Positions 59,643 through 64,000 of a stretch of DNA of 64,000 nucleotides are shown here, piece after piece. The stretch lies in assembly GCA_963675785.1 (NCBI GenBank), contig OY776562.1, forward strand, positions 768,001 through 832,000, read 5' to 3'. Below the pieces are notes generated by a model. The model was not told where the DNA came from, ran no database searches, and worked only from the letters and a program-made list of their open reading frames with translations. The stretch's first letter is position 1, and every line of letters starts with the position of its first letter. The stretch is from Anaerolineae bacterium. GTDB lineage: Bacteria; Chloroflexota; Anaerolineae; UBA1429. Position numbers and translations under genes: made by a program.

Positions 59643-60815
59643 ATGAGTGAGTTCAACACAGTTGCCATCGAGGATCAGTATAGCAGCGGCGTAACCGCCC
59701 ATCACCCCATCACCATCGCTCGGGGTAGCGGTCCCTATTTGTGGGATGACCAGGGCAACCGCTATATCGACTGCGTGGCCGGCTATGGCACGGCCAACGT
59801 CGGGCATTGTCATCCCAAGGTCACGGCGGCCATTCAAAAGCAAGCGGCTGAACTCGTGGTTTGCCCCGGCTGTCAATACAACGAAACCAGGGCCAGGTTG
59901 CTTGAAAAGCTGGTCGAGTTGGCCCCGGGAGATATCGACCGTGTCTATCTTGGCAACTCGGGCACCGAGTCGGTTGAGGCGGCGCTAAAGTTCGCCCGTC
60001 TTTCTACCGGTCGCCAGGGTATCATCGCCACCAAGCGGGCCTTCCACGGCCGTTCTATGGGTTCGCTTTCCGCCACCTGGGAAGCCAAATATCGTGATCC
60101 CTATCTCCCGCTGGTGCCCGGCTTTTCCCATGTCACCTATAACGACATCGAGGCCATGGATGCGGCCATTACCGATGAGACCGCGGGTGTCATCCTTGAG
60201 ATAGTGCAGGGCGAGGGCGGTATTTATCTCGGTGATGGCGATTATTTGCGCGCTGTGCAGCAAATGTGCCGTGACCGCGGTGCCATGTTCATCGTCGATG
60301 AAGTACAGACTGGCTGTGGTCGCACTGGCCGTTTCTTCGCCTCTGAGCACTACGACCTGGAGCCGGATATGATCTGTCTGGCCAAGTCCTTGGCTGGCGG
60401 CGTGCCCATTGGTGCCACCCTTGTTGGTCCTCGTGTCGAGAACCTGAGCCCCAGTGTGCACGGCACCACCTTTGGCGGCAACCCCTTGGCGGCTGCGGCG
60501 GCCTTGGCGGCCATTGAGGTCATCGAGGAAGAGCATCTGGCTGAGCGTGCTGAAAAGTTGGGAGTCATGGCTGTAGCGCGTCTCCAGCAAATCGAATCGC
60601 CCTTGATTCGTGAGGTGCGCGGTCTGGGCCTGATGGTAGGTGTCGATTTGCGTGTGCGCCCTGGCAAGTTCGTCAATGCCTTGCTCGATGAGGGCGTCAT
60701 GGCCCTTACCGCTGGTCACACCGTGCTCCGCCTGCTGCCCACCCTGGTCATCGGTGAGGATGACCTCATGACGGCCTGCGATGCCGTTGAGCGCGTGCTC
60801 ATGGCTGAGGAATAG
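59643..60815 (+). CDS. lysJ: LysW-aminoadipate-semialdehyde aminotransferase (class III, PLP)
   Basis: GHCHP, NSGTESVEAA, FHGRS, DEVQTG.GRTG, AKSLAGG, TTFGGNP. Confidence 0.92.
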   Translation: MSEFNTVAIEDQYSSGVTAHHPITIARGSGPYLWDDQGNRYIDCVAGYGTANVGHCHPKVTAAIQKQAAELVVCPGCQYNETRARLLEKLVELAPGDIDRVYLGNSGTESVEAALKFARLSTGRQGIIATKRAFHGRSMGSLSATWEAKYRDPYLPLVPGFSHVTYNDIEAMDAAITDETAGVILEIVQGEGGIYLGDGDYLRAVQQMCRDRGAMFIVDEVQTGCGRTGRFFASEHYDLEPDMICLAKSLAGGVPIGATLVGPRVENLSPSVHGTTFGGNPLAAAAALAAIEVIEEEHLAERAEKLGVMAVARLQQIESPLIREVRGLGLMVGVDLRVRPGKFVNALLDEGVMALTAGHTVLRLLPTLVIGEDDLMTACDAVERVLMAEE

Positions 60816-60816
60816 C

Positions 60817-61872
60817 ATGATTTTCGACGACGGTCAGGCGGTCTTGCTGCTGCAAGAGTTGGTGGGTACACCCAGCATCTCGGGTGATGAGGCCGCGGCC
60901 GTCGCCGTAGCGGTGCGTTGGATGTGCGAACTGGGCTTTGTCGCTGATGCCGATGGTGTCGGCAATGCCGTCGGTTCTCTGGGCGATGGCCCCCGTGAAT
61001 TGCTTCTCTTGGGCCACATTGATACCGTGCCTGGTCAGGTACCCATCCGTCGTGAGGGCGATCTGTTCTATGGTCGTGGTTCGGTGGATGCCAAGGGCCC
61101 TCTATCCGCCTTTATCGCTGCCGTGGGGCGTCTCGGTGCCTTGCCTGGATTGCGTCTCACCGTGGTGGGTGCTGTTGAAGAGGAAGCGGCCACTTCGCGT
61201 GGTGCCCGTTATCTGCTGGATCGCCACCAGCCCGAGTTCGTCATCATTGGCGAACCCAGCGGTTGGGAGAGTGTCACCCTGGGTTACAAGGGCCGTCTGC
61301 TCATCGATTACGAGCTGACGCGCGGCCTTACCCACACCGCTGGTCAGGACGTGTCTGCGGCCGAGCAGGCTTTTGCCTTTTGGCAATCCCTTTCCGCCTG
61401 GTGCGAGTCGCGCAACGCTGGTCTGGACAAGGCCTTTGACCGTATTCTGCCTTCCATTCGCACCATTACCGCTGCACCACAGGGCTTGTATGATGCGACC
61501 CATATGACCCTCAGTCTGCGCCTGCCCCCGGTCTTTGACCGCGAGGATTTTGAGGTTGCGGCTCGGGGCTGGGCTGGTGATGCTCAATTGAGTTATCGTG
61601 GTTACGAGGCGGCCTATCGCGCCAGTGCGCGCACGCCGCTAGCCAGCGCTTTTAGGGCGGCCATTCGCCAGCAGGGGGGCAGGGCTGGCACCCTGGTCAA
61701 AACCGGCACCTCGGATATGAACGTGGTTGGCCCCGTCTGGCAGTGCCCCATTCTGGCCTACGGCCCCGGTGATTCTAGCTTGGATCACACCCCCGACGAA
61801 CACATCGATCTGCGTGAGTACCTCCGCGCCATCGCCGTGCTGCAGGACGCTATCACTCGCCTCTGTTCTTGA
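60817..61872 (+). CDS. lysK: LysW-lysine hydrolase (M20 family)
   Basis: LLGHIDTV, GRGSVDAKG, EEE, GEPS, KTGTSDMN, YGPGDS.LDHTP.E. Confidence 0.95.
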   Translation: MIFDDGQAVLLLQELVGTPSISGDEAAAVAVAVRWMCELGFVADADGVGNAVGSLGDGPRELLLLGHIDTVPGQVPIRREGDLFYGRGSVDAKGPLSAFIAAVGRLGALPGLRLTVVGAVEEEAATSRGARYLLDRHQPEFVIIGEPSGWESVTLGYKGRLLIDYELTRGLTHTAGQDVSAAEQAFAFWQSLSAWCESRNAGLDKAFDRILPSIRTITAAPQGLYDATHMTLSLRLPPVFDREDFEVAARGWAGDAQLSYRGYEAAYRASARTPLASAFRAAIRQQGGRAGTLVKTGTSDMNVVGPVWQCPILAYGPGDSSLDHTPDEHIDLREYLRAIAVLQDAITRLCS

Positions 61873-61890
61873 GATTTCTAGCTTTGGGTA

Positions 61891-62946
61891 TCAGGCACAA
61901 GAGTGAATCAGGTCGTTCAAGTCGATCTTGCTCGCGTTTCGCCCCAGTGAATCAAAATCTTTGTTATACAGGATCGAAGCCCATCTCACGGCGGCGTCAA
62001 TAATCTCAGTCTCTACCCCCAATCGCTTGCCCAAATGGCTCACTGGGACGCATCCCGTCTGAATGTCCTCAAAAATATAGCGCGTGTCGATATCCGTTGG
62101 CGCCAGCACGTTTTTATAAGCCTGCGTGCTCTGAATGCGTTCATAGAGGGTATTTCCCGTCGAACCATACCTCTCCTGCAGCCACTCTTTGGCGCTGGGT
62201 ACCTCCACGCCTATCGCGTTGGCCACAGCCATTCGCTCTGTGTCCATCCGCTCCAGCACATTGGCAACCAGTGGTGATATGCCCTCTATGTAGAACAAAA
62301 AATCTTCTTTTGCCTCGATGCGCGTAATGTTCATCAGGATCGGCAGGGGGTGAAAGATCATGCCGATGTTGGTCAGCCCCGTCTGCAATACGCTGTTGGC
62401 TGCTTGGATATCCCCAAAACATTCTGCCAGTAAATCTCTCAGGTAGGGCGTATCCTTGCTATTGTGCCCGGCAACACGCACCCCTTTTTTGATCTCATAG
62501 ATGATCGGTTTCCCTACCTCGGTGCAACGGCAGGTAAAGATAAAGGTATCGGTCTCGCCCAAGATGATCTTCGCCTCACAGCCTTTTCCCTTCAGCACTT
62601 GGGCAAATTCGCAGGTGCCAAAGGTACGCCCCGGGTTCAAAACGACCACCTGCCCGTCCCGCAAAAACGGAGCCATGGTCTCGGCCACTGCTGCATGGTA
62701 TTGAGCTGGCGTGGTGACCATGATCAGATAGGCATCACGCACCACCTCTCCCATGTCGCAGCTGATCAGATCGATATCGGCCGTACAGCTCACTTTGCCG
62801 CTCAGCTCAAAGCGGTTGCTCAGGAACATATCCACTCGTTCCTGCTGTCTGGCGTACAGCGAGACCGAATATCCCTCGTTTGCCAGAAACGCGGCCATGG
62901 ATTGGCCGCCGTTACCCGTACTAATGACCGCTATTTTCCTCTTCAA
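61891..62946 (-). CDS. NAD/NADP-dependent opine (octopine/nopaline) dehydrogenase family protein
   Basis: Rossmann STGNGG, LNPGRTFG, NIGMIFHP, FYIEG, RYIFEDI.TG.VP; TTG start overlapping the upstream gene. Confidence 0.88.
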   Translation of the reverse strand: MKRKIAVISTGNGGQSMAAFLANEGYSVSLYARQQERVDMFLSNRFELSGKVSCTADIDLISCDMGEVVRDAYLIMVTTPAQYHAAVAETMAPFLRDGQVVVLNPGRTFGTCEFAQVLKGKGCEAKIILGETDTFIFTCRCTEVGKPIIYEIKKGVRVAGHNSKDTPYLRDLLAECFGDIQAANSVLQTGLTNIGMIFHPLPILMNITRIEAKEDFLFYIEGISPLVANVLERMDTERMAVANAIGVEVPSAKEWLQERYGSTGNTLYERIQSTQAYKNVLAPTDIDTRYIFEDIQTGCVPVSHLGKRLGVETEIIDAAVRWASILYNKDFDSLGRNASKIDLNDLIHSCA

Positions 62947-64000
62947 GGGTATCCATCCTTTCTACAAGTCTTTGTAGCCGTTCGGCCTCGTTTAGGGGGC
63001 GCTTGGCTTTGACGTCATAGGCCAGGCATTTGCCATCGATGACTCGGGTGTGCAGCGCCCCGCGAAATTCGGCGTTTTTGACGATGTGGGGTGCATCAAG
63101 GTAGCCGCGTTTGATACAATCGGACAGGACATGGGCATCTCCCAGCGGGTCCTTGCTCACGTCTGCATAGCGATCTTTGATGAAATCGAGCAGCACCTTG
63201 GCCTCTTGCAGCAGTTCTGCTTTTCGCTCTTGCACCTTGGGATCGGCTGTGGCATCCGCATTGCCCTGCAGCACCGAACGAATCACGCCGCGCACGATCT
63301 TGCAGCTTTCGATCACCACCTCCGGTGTGGCCGCGTGCTCTGCCTCGCTATAGCCCACCACGTGGATGATATGGGGTCTGATGGCCATGGAAAGGCTGGT
63401 CGAGGCGGCCAACTGTCCCTTGGCAATATCCGGGTCTCCGCTCAAAAAAGGCAGCCCTGCCCGCACCTCGCGATACACACGGAAATCTTGCGCCGCCAGC
63501 GATTCCGTTAGCTCTACCTGCGCCAACACCTTGGCCAAATCCATCGAAAAGCTCAGCGAATTGGGAATGTTGAACATATACTGCGAGACATAATCCCGCG
63601 CACCGAACTTTTTGGCGTTATAGGCGCTGATGTACGACATCACCACCGAGATGGCGTCGTGCGCATCGCGCAGTCCCCAGTGGTGCGGCTCGTTCATCTC
63701 CACCGGAATCCCCCGCGAACCGTGCCAGTCGATCATCTGTTGGGCTTCACGCATAGACTCGACGAGCTTTCTCGTGCCGCGGCCATCCAGCTCGTTGTAC
63801 CAACAGAGCGGCACGGCGCACCAGGCATTGTCAATCGTCTCTACCAGAACTTGTGCCAGGCGCATCACCTCCGCTGTGCCGCTGTAGCAGCGCATCAGTG
63901 GGTAATTGCCGCTTTTGGACGCACCCTTGAGCAATTCAAACTGCTCGGCATTACGCACTGGCACGCCGCCAGCGCCGTCCATCTCGGGGTCGCGCTGCTC
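62921..64000 (-). CDS. C-terminal part of an uncharacterised protein, probably cobalamin-dependent (5' end outside the window)
   Basis: Frame open to the window edge; motifs GAGGVP, YSGT, EMNEPHHWGLRDAHD, QYMFN.P, DLAK, RAGL, PHIIHVVGYSEA, recalled from a family annotated as B12-binding proteins. The B12 motif itself is not in the window. Confidence 0.65.
   Translation of the reverse strand, partial: EQRDPEMDGAGGVPVRNAEQFELLKGASKSGNYPLMRCYSGTAEVMRLAQVLVETIDNAWCAVPLCWYNELDGRGTRKLVESMREAQQMIDWHGSRGIPVEMNEPHHWGLRDAHDAISVVMSYISAYNAKKFGARDYVSQYMFNIPNSLSFSMDLAKVLAQVELTESLAAQDFRVYREVRAGLPFLSGDPDIAKGQLAASTSLSMAIRPHIIHVVGYSEAEHAATPEVVIESCKIVRGVIRSVLQGNADATADPKVQERKAELLQEAKVLLDFIKDRYADVSKDPLGDAHVLSDCIKRGYLDAPHIVKNAEFRGALHTRVIDGKCLAYDVKAKRPLNEAERLQRLVERMDTLEEENSGH

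Overview
Gene-dense, GC-rich bacterial chromosome segment. A Chloroflexota/Anaerolineae-like host is inferred from the LysW-type lysine operon and the Pro/Thr-linker lipoproteins. Positions 1-47 kb are dominated by carbohydrate catabolism: GH106-like, GH3, GH36, GH51, GH38, GH2-like, two sulfatases, three Gfo/Idh/MocA oxidoreductases, aldolases and a lactonase. RNase J and a membrane glycosyltransferase follow. A 10-gene alpha-aminoadipate/LysW lysine operon (52.8-61.9 kb) comes next, then an opine dehydrogenase coupled to a truncated, probably cobalamin-dependent protein. Three features are missing from the ORF track. (1) A TTG-start leader peptide with KKSKSKK and a classical attenuator precedes the lysine operon. 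(2) A ~2.3 kb AT-rich island of three surface/secreted-protein genes has replaced the interior of a GH127/DUF1680-like gene, and N- and C-terminal remnants of that gene are still readable on each side. (3) The full-length GH2 homolog has Gln in place of the catalytic nucleophile Glu and is probably a pseudoenzyme. I saw no rRNA, tRNA, CRISPR array, integrase or transposase. Family assignments come from motif recognition only; no searches were run.
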